Assembly: GCA_907165135.1 (NCBI GenBank)
Contig: OU015568.1
Coordinates: 12,090,001 to 12,154,000 of the forward strand
Reading direction: 5' to 3'
Source of the DNA: Oikopleura dioica
Lineage: Eukaryota; Animalia; Chordata
DNA length: 64,000 nucleotides
Both the position numbers and the translations under genes were made by a program. The notes under the pieces were generated by a model, which was not told where the DNA came from, did not search any database, and worked only from the letters and a program-made list of their open reading frames with translations. Positions 24,825-36,488 of this stretch are shown here, one piece after another; position 1 is the first letter of the stretch, and the number at the start of each line of letters is the position of its first letter.

Positions 24825-25950
24825 GTCATTCCGACTCGGATCTTATCTTCATCTGTTTCTGCACTCGTGTCATTTTGAAGCTGAAGGAAAATAAACACAT
24901 TAATATGCAAAAAAATGAAAATAGAGTACCTTCCATGATCGATCCGTCTCTGCGGTTGGAGGAGCTTTTTAGAACCACTCTTCGATTTCGACTTTTTCGA
25001 GACTTTTTCTTCTTCCTCTATAACCGTCTTCGCGCGCTGAGAATATTTTTAACGCCTTCTATTTTCAAACTCTATTTTTACCTGCATCGTCGCTTGAATT
25101 CGCTGGTACCTCGCGGGATTGATGAAGCGTTCTTTGTCTGGACACGTGACTCGTGGCAGCTGGACTGGATCGTTTAGGTTGTCGCACTTGATTGTCGATA
25201 AACTTGAAGATTATGATTTTAAAGAAGTAGTAGAATCAAACCTTTGCAAATTTTCATTTCTCGTGACTTTGAAGTAGCTAAACGTTAATTTTTCTTTGCA
25301 ATTTTGGCAGAAACAGGTTGCCCTAAAATTTCTATTCTTGCGTAGGAAAATTAGTTTTAGTACCTGAAACCATGTCTCATAATTCAAAGTTTACTTTATT
25401 TTATTCTTTCCTATTTTTTCTGATTCTTCAAGTCCTTCTCTATCTCTCTTTTGCAGCAGTTCTAAAAACTGGAGTGTTAAACCAAAGTGAAAGAAAAGTA
25501 GATCAATTATTCACATTCGCTGCGAAAGGAAATCTGGCATCACCTGTAGCTTGACTCGTACTGTAGTGTAGAAGGTTTATTCGTAGAGACTGCTAAAGCG
25601 TATTAGCTAAAGTAAATATATAAAGAGTCGCTTTTCTGTTTTGAGCGGGTCGAATAATTTATAAACGCGCTCGTTCTTTCGATGAAGAGTTATGTACTGA
25701 GCTCGGGAACAGACAGGATACAGATAGACACTAATGGGTACAGGCACATTCACGCGCCTCTCCGGGTCTTGAAGGACGAGCAGAATCAATTATTTATCAT
25801 AGTTCATTTAAGAAGAATGCAAACTTGTATAACTGCATATTTTTTTACTCAATCAATGTTGACTGACGATTTTCTCTATTTTTGTGGAGAAATAAACTCT
25901 GTCCAGACTTCATTTGGCTGTCTGAACCCTTGGCATAATTAATGTGGATT
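24825..25950 (-). CDS. Probable small multi-exon gene of unknown function
   Basis: Open in-phase exons joined by short GT-AG introns (e.g. ...QRIQATMQ|RAKTVIEEEEKVSKKSKSKSGSKK...). 5' exons not resolved. Confidence 0.35.
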
Positions 25951-26255
25951 ATCCCTTATCTTCTTTTAAGCGACGCCGAAAGCGAAAACCTTTTAGCGCA
26001 CTGAACTAAGCCCAACTTACGCCTAAACCCCTGTCAAATACAGTTTAACAAACAAGCAGTACAAGGTGATTTTGAAGAAATAATGCATAGCAACTATTAA
26101 TAGAAAGAACTTTTTTGGAGCGGTTTTATCTAGGTAGACTAGGGAAAATTCTGATACTAAAAATAAACGCAACAAGCTCCAAATTGAGAGTCTCGATTTC
26201 ACGTCTCGTTTTCACTTTCATTCTTCAAAAAAAAAAAATTGAAAGGAAAAAAGAG

Positions 26256-27824
26256 ATGAAATTATTTATTTTTTGTCTATTCCGCAAAAACTTGGCACAA
26301 CTCGTTCACCAGTGTGAGATAGCAGATTTAGGAGAGAATCAGAATAATGGAACATACGAGTGCGATCATTTCACGTGCGAGCTCAAATGTCCACATGGGT
26401 TTTACCCGAATGGCGGAACAGGTAAGATAGTTTCCTTGCTAGAAAATATTTACATGGGGATTGAGGCCACTCGACCTGCGTCCCTCGCCCAGGAGGCTGG
26501 GGCTGGTCCCGTCGAATCGGAAAGTGCTCGACTTGTTCTGACTTAGCTCTCCCCGACGAGCTACAGTCCTCATGCGTCACTACCAATAACGGGCAACGAG
26601 TCTGTAATGTCTCATGCAAAAACAAGCAAGCAATAAAACCGCGAAACAACGACAAGACGATCGTCGCGTGTAAATGCAATGTCGGTCGGCGCAGCGGCTG
26701 CCACTGGGTCAGCCCGGGGAACGTCATCGTCGACGACAGGGAAAGAGACGAGCAGAATTTTATTGGCAATTGGTATTGCAACAATTTACCGCTGATGGAC
26801 GATCTCCAAGACTCGAACATAAAGTCGGAAGAGAATGAAGATGGACATCCTGTTTTTAGGATTCCTCCGAATTTGAAATGCCCGAGCTCGAATCCAGAAA
26901 TAGGCGAAATTGACAGAATCTACGGAGGTGTATCGGCGATTCCTCACTCATGGGAACGTGGGTCAAAATAGATTTTCCTGAAGTTTTTGCTTTGATATCG
27001 ATAGCGCAAGATTAACTAGAAAATTTTTTTGACTCTAAACAGCCTTGGATGGCTTCTCTTTGGTTTGGAAGATTCGGATGTGGAGGAACAATAATTGGCG
27101 ACAAAACAGTATTAACAGCAGCCCACTGTTGTGATGGATACAAACGAAAACTCAAGAAAATCCGGTGGGATCATTTTAAACGTTCTTCTAATAGAATAAT
27201 TCGAATCATTCAGGGTCAAGTCAGGAGACCACAAATACTTCGAACACGACACCGGGGAAGAAGAACATCGCGTTAAACGAGTTTTTGTTCATCCAGGATA
27301 TTCGAGACGAACCATGCAAAATGACATTTGCATCTTGGCCGTGGAGGACATGGGTCTTGATCGAAAACCGACTGCCGATCGAGCTTGTCTTCCTGAGCCT
27401 GGTTGGCTTCCGGCTGCAGGAACTCGCTGTTGGGCGGCTGGCTGGGGAGTGACCGAGAAGGGCACCTTTCCGACGGATTTGCAGGAAGTCGACCTGGATA
27501 TTCTAACAAATGAAGAATGCGCAAACGGCGGAAATCATGGGAAGATAGATGAAAAGACCATGTTTTGCGCTGGTAAAAAAAATGTTAATTTAGTTCGTCT
27601 TATATTGATTTCAAGGTGGAGAAGGAGGTAAGGATGGCTGCCAAGGAGACTCTGGTGGACCCCTAATCTGCAAAGATGAAACTGGGAAGATCCCGATCAT
27701 CACCGGCGTCACATCCTGGGGATTGGCATGCGGCGTTGCCGAAACCCCCGGTGTCTGGACAAAAGTCAGCTCATATCTTGACTGGATAGGCAAAGTTCAA
27801 AATTTCGTCGATCGTGCGCTGTAA
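26256..27824 (+). CDS. Trypsin-like (S1A) serine protease with N-terminal Cys-rich/sushi-like modules
   Basis: [13 protein letters not shown]|[26 protein letters not shown] (intact His-Asp-Ser triad, Asp189-type pocket), [20 protein letters not shown]; signal-like MKLFIFCLF. Confidence 0.92.
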
Positions 27825-28064
27825 TACCAATTAATCTCTGTGTTTGTGTTTCCACGTTTTTCATTGTGTCCACTACGTTGCAAATTGAATAAAAAACAGC
27901 GTCTTGCGTGAATTTGAAGTGCACCTGAATTCCAGCGCCGGGCGAACTTGATTGTGGTGGTTAATGACAATCGAATTTTGGGGTTTGACAGTTTCGAGCG
28001 ATGAAAAGTGAGCTAGGTGTGATACGAGTTTAGAGTATTCTAGGTTTCAAAAATACAATCTCAT

Positions 28065-30572
28065 TATTCGATTAATGTGGTTTACTATTTGTCATAAAAA
28101 GATTTAAAGAAGAGAGAGGCTTAAGAGGATTACACTCAAAAACATTGAGTAAGCGCTGGAATCTTCCGCTTTATCTTTCTTCTTCTTTTTCTTTTTGTCA
28201 TTTTCGACTTCTTTAATCGCGTCTTCTATGTCTTCTATCATATCTGGACTGGGAGTGGTCATTTCAAAGAGATCTTCATAGGCAGCTGTTGTTCCGATGA
28301 AATCTTCATTATCTTAAAAAAATATTGGTGTAATATATCTACATTGAGCTTACTGTCACCAGGTCTTGCGAAAATTGGCGGTGGGGTCTCTTTCTTCGCT
28401 GGCATTGTTGGTTTAGGAGCTTTTTCTTTTTTAGGCTCATTGTCTTGTTGACTTTCAGTAGACGTGGAGAAAGTTGTCGGGATCGGAGTTGTCGTTGTTT
28501 GCTCTTCTTCTTCCTCCATTTTCTTTTCAGGTTTGCTCTTTTTGGGCTCTTTCGTTGTCTTTTTCGGCGCTTTTGTTGTTTTCACGAATTCTGGTAGACT
28601 TGCCTTTGTCTAAAACTGGATAAGAAGGAATTTTAAAGTCACTCTTACTGTAGTAGTTGTTCGTTTAATCGTTTCGACTTTCTTATTTTCTTCCTCAGAT
28701 CCAAGTTGTTTTGGTGGCGAGAAATTTTCAATCCTTCTTTTTTCATCCACAGTCAGTTTACTTTCCGGAATCTTTTTGCATGAAATTTCGTCGAGTTCAA
28801 CTACACGGTCAGTATAAGCTCCACTAGATGCTTTCAGCTGTCTCCATTCGTCACCGATGCAAGCCATCAGCTGAGGAGATTGACGCTCATATCCTGGTAG
28901 GCAACGGAGCTCGCAGCTTCCACCTAGAAAAATTTAAAAGAAAGAAGAAAAGAGAGATACTCGCCTTCCGTGATGATTCCAATGTTTTGATTTTTCTCGT
29001 CGGTGCATCCGAAGAACCAGATACCTTCAGGATCAGGCTTCGGGAAAGTACAGTAGTTCTTCTGGCAACTGATCTGCCCTGGGTCATCTGACCATCCGCC
29101 GAACATACCATCTTCGCTACAACGATTAATAGGTTCGTAACCAGGAGTGACCATGTATCCTTCCATACAAATTAAATTGCACGTAGATCCCATGTAGAAT
29201 GAGTCTGAACAGTTCCAAAATCCAACCGGAATGCCGCCTCGAAAAGGGTTCTTCAGAGTTCTAGCGCAGCCGAGAAATGGGGTTTTGTCCGAACATTCGC
29301 CACGGAACCATGTGATGTCATCCAGAGCAAAATCGCCCTGGGGTGAGCGCCCACGGACAGCTTTGAAGATGATGGATGCTTTGACAGCAGAAGCAGGGAT
29401 ATTTTTGATTGGGTACTAAAAAATGTGAAGAATATATTTCGAGAATTCTGAACCTGGAAAGGAAGCCAATCATCCACAGGAGGTTGTGGAACTGACTCTT
29501 GATTGATCATGCCAATTGAAACCATTTCAATTCGTTCATCATTTTCATCATAATACTGAATAAAAGTCTCCATCTGGCCGAATTCATCGCCATACAAAAC
29601 AGCATAGAACTGCAGGCAGTAATCGTCTTCTGGGGCAATTCTAATAAAATAATAAAATAAAATAAAGTTAAAGACCCCTACCCGTGCGGCAGAATTGAAA
29701 ATACAGCTGTATCACCCTTTCGACGAGGCTCTGATGTATCGAAGTAAGCATAAGTTCCATATACAGACATTGTCGTGCGATCTCGTCTTGGTCCAGTTCC
29801 TGAAAAATTAAGCAGAGGATTCGTTATCGATTGTTACCGATAGAAGTAGTATAGCCACGACCAAGCATCCATTCAAAAGTTTCTGGAAAAGCTTCGTCTC
29901 CTTAAAACTTTAAAAAATATAAATTCATCGTCTAAAACTACCAGTATGATCAATTTGCGAACCCCAACCATCCTCAAAGTCGATAAAAATCTCGTCGAAC
30001 TGGTCTTCGGCTAACTGCACGAGTTCTTCCTTCTTGTCATGGATTTTCCAGTTGATGACAGCTCCTCTGCCATGTTCGTAATCATCAGATACGAAATGAA
30101 TTTTTATCTCATTCGAATTTGTTTCAGTAAAGCCCATCGGCCGCATTGCTCCACAATATCGTCGCCAGAGAAAACTGGGATCTTGTTGTGTTACGAATTC
30201 TCCATCGATTTTCTTTTCTACTTCGATATAGTCAAACGGGCAAAAAGGCGGACCTGGCTCAAGATCGAGGTAAGCGATTTCGTATGCGATCGTGTACTTT
30301 TCATCGGTGGAAATGATCCAAGTACAGTCAGAGTCGTTACTGTAATAGTGATTCTCGAAGTTCGGGGTCGCAATCTGGCCGGTCACTGGATCGGAAAATA
30401 CGATTTCTTCATTGCAGGTGCCTTCAACTTCTGCCTGAAAATTCTTTCTCTGCAAAGGATCCTCTTTTGGATGATTATGCTGCCACTTGAAGCTTCTTGC
30501 GGGCAGATTATCTTGTGCATCCGTCCTCTGCAAAAAGAATAGTATCGGAAAAATCATTGTATTAAATTTCAA
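28065..30572 (-). CDS. Secreted/anchored CUB-MAM-sushi protein with Thr/Lys/Pro-rich stalk; 3' end approximate
   Basis: CUB in ORF 29925..30572 (GQIATPNF..YSNDSDCTWII..CPFDYIEV); MAM motifs (TGPRRDRT..GTYAYFDTSEP, GDFALDDITWFRGEC); sushi-like exons (CNLICMEGY, CIGDEW). Confidence 0.8.
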
Positions 30573-31028
30573 ATCATTCAGAAATATTTTTGGACATAAA
30601 TCTGTTTAAACTTGCCAAGAGGCAGGAAGGACGTAAACAGGAGGAGAACCAACGCTTCCATGACAAATTTGTCGGTGAAAAGTCGGATCAAAGGGATAAA
30701 GGCGGAAAATAATGCTAGAAGCTTCTTGCTGGCTTCTTTCAACGTAACTGAAGACTCATGGGCTGGGCAGAATTATTATTTGAAATAATTTGTCTCCAAA
30801 TTTAAGTTTATTTTTAAGTTTACAAATGTCTCTAGAATCAAACTTGTTGTTCACCGAAATTCTCTGAAACGGTTATTCTTCGAAAGAAAATTTCAAGAAA
30901 AAAAGGAACCCTCGTTTGAGAAGAGAGAATCCCGTAAGTAGTACTTACTAAGTACAGTTGCAACCTTTCGATTTTTTTTCTTTACAAATGTTTAAAAGGT
31001 ACTCGATCTTTGTAAACGCAAACATCGA

Positions 31029-34000
31029 ATGGGCTCAAAGCCCTCAAAATCAGTAGGTCCGCTTGAACACTTCAACATAGCCGAGATTCAAGCAATCGAG
31101 GACGAAAATGAATCTGCTCGAGCCAAACAGGTACGAAATTATCTTTGTCAATGATTTTCATCAGTTTAATAAGCTTTTGGTAATCAGACAAAGGAACCTC
31201 AGGCCAGAGTTCCAAAACACGCGTGCGTGCGTGCGCACGCGTGCGCGTGTTTGCGTGCGTGCGCACGCGCACGCACGCGCACTCGGATTTTGTGATTTGC
31301 TGCGCACGCGCACGCACGCGCACGCGAAGATTAAGATTGCGCACGCGTGCTTGATCGTGCGCGTGCGAAAAAAATTTTAAAAATCTTTTTTTATCTCTAG
31401 AATATTTATTTTTTTCTCCCCTGAGGCGTGTTTACATCGATTTGTGGAGACTTGAAGCATATTCGTGTCTCTAGAATTCAATTCTAGCTGTTTTTAATTG
31501 TGCTGATAGAGTCATTTTAAAATGGACACTCCTTGTTCATCATCAAAGAGAGCTCGATTGGACCGAGAAGAGATAAGAGATGCAAAACTTGAAAAGCTTG
31601 TCAAAGATTTTCAGGAACGCGTTTTTTTTGGTTAATTTTTTGGGATCCCCAATAAAAGCAAACTATATTTTTTTTTAAGTAATTTCAATTGGGGGCCCCA
31701 AAAATCTTTTTATTTTTAATCGTTGAATTGAGAACCCCAAAAATTACAAACACTTTTGTCAGGCGGACGGATTTCTTATCTCCGGATTCGAATATGAGCC
31801 TGCTGCCAAAGACGGATATTTTTACTGCATCGGAAAACGATGTGCTATTGGAAAAGTAAAAGCCTTACGCAACGGAAATGATCCAGTCACAAAATGGACG
31901 AAATCATCAATTGATCGTCATATTACCTCATGTCACAAGCCAGAAGCAACGAACCAACCAGATATACTGACTGCATTGAAAAATCCGAAAAAAGAACTTG
32001 ACCACTCGCGCGACGAAAAAAACCGAGTAGCTCAGCAAGTGACGTATCTATGTTCGGATTTGTATATGCCCCTGAGCAGCGTTGAAAAGTAAGAGAATTT
32101 TCTTTGGGTCCCCCAAATTGGGGGCCCCAATTTTTTTTTCAGGATAATTAATTGGGGGCCCCAATAATGATTATTTTCAGGGATCGCTTTAGAGAAGTAT
32201 GCCGCACGTTTTACGAACTTGGAGCGCAGAAAAAAAACGTCGAATCTCTTCTCGTGTCAACTTATTTCCTGGAAAAACAACTTGAATTTTCGGCGTGTGA
32301 GATTACGTCGAAAATTGCGTCAAAAATGGACTATCTTGTTGAAAAAGGTCTTATTCATGCTGAAATCGATGCTAAATGTGTTGGCGACAAGACAAAGGAA
32401 ACACAAGAATCAGCTCATGGAGTACTCCTTGGTAATTCAGATATTTGGGAATCCCAATAATTTTTTTAGGATTCTTACGCCAAGATGGTTCCAGAATATA
32501 TTATTTGAGCGCGTTCGATGCGTTGGATATAAAAGCTAACAAAGATTACAGCGAAGTGATAGCTGGTAACTTAAAATAACATTATTTTTTGGGACTCCCA
32601 AATTGGGAGCCCCAATTTTTGGGACTCCCAAATTGGGGGCCCCAATTTTTGGGAACCCCAAATTGGGAGCCCCAAGTTTTCCGGAGCACGACTAACATAA
32701 ATATTGTTAAGCTCATGCTAGAAAGACTCTTCAAAAATATGGCATTCCGGAGGAGCAAGTCGAACTTATACCACTGAGCACAGATGCTGGTGAGGTCAAG
32801 GTTGGAAAGCTCATCTCGGATTTATCGTGCATTTGTATTTCGCATACATACAATCGTCTTGCGGAACATTATGTCGAATACGCACAGAAGTATTTCAATT
32901 TGGATACAAGATACGAAATAACATTAAAAAATTCGCGGAATCATCCGAAAAGCGATGTTCGAAAGAAGTTGCCGCTATCCACCCTCCAGAATGCCTTCGA
33001 AGTCTCTCTGATTATTTCTATGGACGACCGCTTAATCAGCAAGACAAAATTCTGTACGAATCGATCGATTACAAATCAAGAAAACATAAAACGTATCCAA
33101 TTCTTCATGTAAAATAATTAACATCTATTGGGTCTCCCAATATTGGGAGACCCATTTTTTTTTGTAAGCTTCATATTTGGGGCCCCAAAATAAAACGTAT
33201 TTCTAGCGAACATCGGCCATCAGATGGGAGAAAAATCTCTATAATCTAAATGCAATGTTGGTATGGGAATCTACTGTCAGAGAATTCTCGTTGCCTCATC
33301 ATCCCTATAACTATCTTTTGCCTTCGCCATTGCCAAGCTTCAATTACATAAGAGCCAAACGACTTATCGGAAACGAAATAATGCGTCTAAATCTTGCTCT
33401 TCAAAAACTTCGTCATCAGTTGTGGACCAAGTTCACTCTTTCTCAATCCTGACAAAGTTCCTAGCATCCTGCGCCGAAGGCATAACAGACACAGATTATC
33501 AGGTAACTTAAAATAACATTATTTGTTGGGACTCCCAAATTGGGAGCCCCAATTTTGGGAGCCCCAAATTGGGGGCCCCAAGTTTTCCGGAGCACGACTA
33601 ACATAAATATTTTTAAGCTCATCGTCGGCAAACTTGCGAGAGGAGCCTATTCCAAACTCTCAGCACTTATGTTTCAAGAATTCTGGCTTGACGGAAAGAG
33701 TATTACGAAAACAGATCCTTGCAGAATCGCCAATGTTAATCTCAGTGGAGAATATCTGTTCCCGCGTCGCCAAAAACTAACCTTCGGATTCTTTACGAAG
33801 CATTTGAATGGGTCAAAAGATGGATTTTTCAAAGAACAAGCAAAATATGTTACAGAAAGATGCAAGGACTTTCAAAAATATGCCCGCGAATACATCACTA
33901 TGATTGACCGAAAAATGCCAGGAGACATCGCGGAGCCTGTGTTTCAGCAGTCTAATGGAAATGATTCCTCTGATGAGGATGATTTATCAAGCAGTCAAAG

Positions 34001-36226
34001 TCAATCATCTTCTCTCTCAACAAGCGTTGAGAATCTCACACTCTCTCCAGTGGAAAGAGAAATGCTCAGGTACAATTAATTTTATTCGACAATAAAAAAA
34101 TTAAATATTGGGACTCCCAAATTGGGGGCCCCAAAGTTAACAATAAAAAAATTAATATTGGGATTCCCAAATTGGGGGCCCCAAAGTTAACAATAAAAAA
34201 ATTAATATTGGGACTCCCAAATTGGGCGCCCCAAATTTGACAATAAAATAATTAAATTTTGGGACTCCCAAATTGGGGGCCCCAAATACAACCTTCAAAA
34301 AAAAATAATTATTGGGAGCCCCAATTAAATGAGATAACTTCTTATCTTTCCAGATATGAAGCCCTGACAACGGAAGAGTATAACCGCACACAGGTGAACA
34401 TCAGAGTGAAGAAGGACGATGTTAACTATGTTTCGATATCAATGAAAGCTTTTTGGAATGACGAGAAAATTGCTTCGGAGTTTCCTCGACTACGAAAAAT
34501 AGCAGTCAAAGTGAGTTTTTAAAATTCTGTTATGATAATTCAAAATCAAAGGTTCTTTCATGCCCGGCAGGGACTCAAGAGCTGGAGAGAAGGTTCGGAG
34601 GAACTTCGGAGTATATAAGAAATCCGAAAAGAAATAGAATCAGCTGTGGACGAGTGCTTGAGCTTGCTCAGTATCAACAATACGAATCTGTTCTAAGTTA
34701 TCTTGATAATTTGCCTTAATTTGAAAAAAAAAATGTCTCTTCTAATTTATAAATAAAGTATATTATTTTTCACAAATTGACTTTCGCACGCGCACGCACG
34801 CGCACGCGAAATTTTGGATTTTGACGCACGCGCACGCACGCGCACGCGAAAAATTTTCGTTTTTTGGAACTCTGCCTCAGGCATAGGAGTATCATTTCTC
34901 GGCGGACACTAGGACACAGGAAGACGATCAGGTCATCGATTTTTGAGGATGTTGCCCTTGAAGACTTGTGTGAAGCGGTAAGACCAGTTGGCACTCGCAT
35001 CAATGCTTATTTTCTCTTCAGTCTGGATTAGAGTGCGATGAGGTCGAAAAAACTGGCCGCGTAAAAGCAAAATGCAAAGAAGAAACTCTCAGAAGACTAA
35101 CAACTCATGAAGCTACTAAAGAAGTTTTTCAGGTAATAAGGCTCGCTAAATTTAATATCTACCAATGTCATTTTTAGAATAAAGAGTCGTTTCAAAAATT
35201 CATGGACAGTAGAATGGGAACAAAAGAAGAAAACCCAGCAGGAGGAGGAGGAATGCTGCTGAACCCAAATTTTAGACTCGATATCACAAGATCAAACTTG
35301 TCGTTTACAAGATCAAACTTAAGCCTTTCATATGTAAGTACAAATGTAAAAATTAGTTAACTAAGGTTTATCTTTGCAGTCAAAGAGCAACACAGAAGTT
35401 GCAGAACAAAGTCATGAATCATCAGAATATAAACGAGCAAATACAATAAACAACCCGCTAAAGCCGTGGAGAGAATATGAAATAATGCCAAGCATAAGAG
35501 ACATGACAAGCGAACACACACTTGACGATTGTAGGAATGGGGTAAAACGAACATTTCTGCCAAATTGGTTCTACTAAAATTTCAGACTGAAATAGTAAAA
35601 TCCCAAAAAAAAGCAAAAGACGAGTATCAAAGATCATGGAACCTATGAAACAAAAACCATTATCCGAAGAGTTTTATACGTAAGTTTATAAATATCTTTT
35701 ATTTTAAAAGATAGTATATCTTTTTACTTGTTACTGATAGTTTTTAGACCAAATTTTGGACGGACTTCAATAGGGCCAATGATGGAGAGTGGCATTTCCA
35801 TCACTCGAACCGACACGAACAACAAGAGTCATTCTATCCAACGCGGTCGGAGTAGCTACATAGGGCCAGCTGGGCGCAAATCGGTGCTTACGAACCATGT
35901 GACGGGCAGATCAAGTGTGATAACGGATAGGAGTAGAAGACAAAGTATCGCGATAGACGCTCTCAAGGACCGCCGGACAAGCAAGAAAAAGAGAAAATCA
36001 ACGATGGAGCCGAAGACGATCTACTCGCTCGATCAGGACTTTAAAAGCACTCTTTATACGACCATCAGGTATAGAAGTGTAAGTATTTGCTAGCAACTTT
36101 TTATTTAGTCCCGAAAACCGGAAAAAAGTGTCGATCGCATGTCGCGTGAATGAAGAAACACTGATGATGGCTGAGTCCATGACGAAATCTAAAGAAAAGA
36201 AGAAAAAAATATGTCCGTTCTTCTAA
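31029..36226 (+). CDS. Host gene of unknown function interrupted in exon 2 by the hAT insertion
   Basis: Exon 1 31029-31130 (MGSKPSK...), 34 bp intron, exon 2 from 31165. Removing 31205-34882 restores the open frame FNKLLVIRQRNLRHRSIISRR. Further small exons reach a last exon ending KEKKKKICPFF-stop (36224-36226); whether all downstream exons belong to one gene is inferred. Confidence 0.6.
31522..34719 (+). CDS. hAT transposase, 9 exons, about 747 aa if two single-base frameshifts are corrected
   Basis: Exons 31522-31620, 31763-32088, 32181-32431, 32470-32565, 32712-33108, 33207-33502, 33618-34069, 34354-34510, 34552-34719. BED-like finger (YCIGKRC..SIDRHITSCH), LQKYGI..STDAG, CISHTYNRL (CxxH), AIRWE, and dimerisation motif FWNDEKIASEFPRLRKIAVKVLSCPAGTQELERRF. 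Confidence 0.9.
31640..34325. repeat. Dispersed intronic palindromic 13-mer TTGGGnnnCCCAA, about 29 copies in transposase introns 1-7
   Basis: Counted by eye, including degenerate copies: intron 1 x3, intron 2 x3, intron 3 x1, intron 4 x6, intron 5 x3, intron 6 x4, intron 7 x9. None in intron 8. Confidence 0.92.
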
Positions 36227-36488
36227 CCCAAGCTTTGCCGTGAAAGTTTTTCGACTGCCATTTATCGAATTTTTGATATTTTTAATAAAATAATGTTTTT
36301 TTTAACATTCGGTTTGTTTTCTGGAGCGGTCGGTAGTTTTTGATGAATAGGACATCCGCAATAAACGAAAATTTCTGACAATTTAGAAATGACGGACCGG
36401 TTTACGAGGGGGCAATGGGCCGGAAAGAAAGTGTGGCTTTCGTGCGAAGCTGCTGTCAGTCCGCTAGGCAAATCCAAATTTCGAGAAA

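Larger units (their letters stand above)
31205..34874 (+). mobile_element. Full-length hAT-superfamily DNA transposon, 3670 bp
   Basis: TIR CAGAGTTCCAAAA (31205-31217) / TTTTGGAACTCTG (34862-34874), extendable to 17 bp with 1 mismatch. Perfect 8 bp TSD CCTCAGGC (31197-31204, 34875-34882). Subterminal GCGTGC/GCACGC arrays; internal transposase. Confidence 0.96.

Noticed and set aside
25372-25942. Plus-strand ORFs as the first exons of the protease
   Set aside because: The protease has its own signal-like start at 26256, and splice patterns fit a minus-strand gene better.
32860-33410. Programmed ribosomal frameshifting in the transposase
   Set aside because: No in-frame X XXY YYZ slippery heptamer at either site; indels or errors are simpler.
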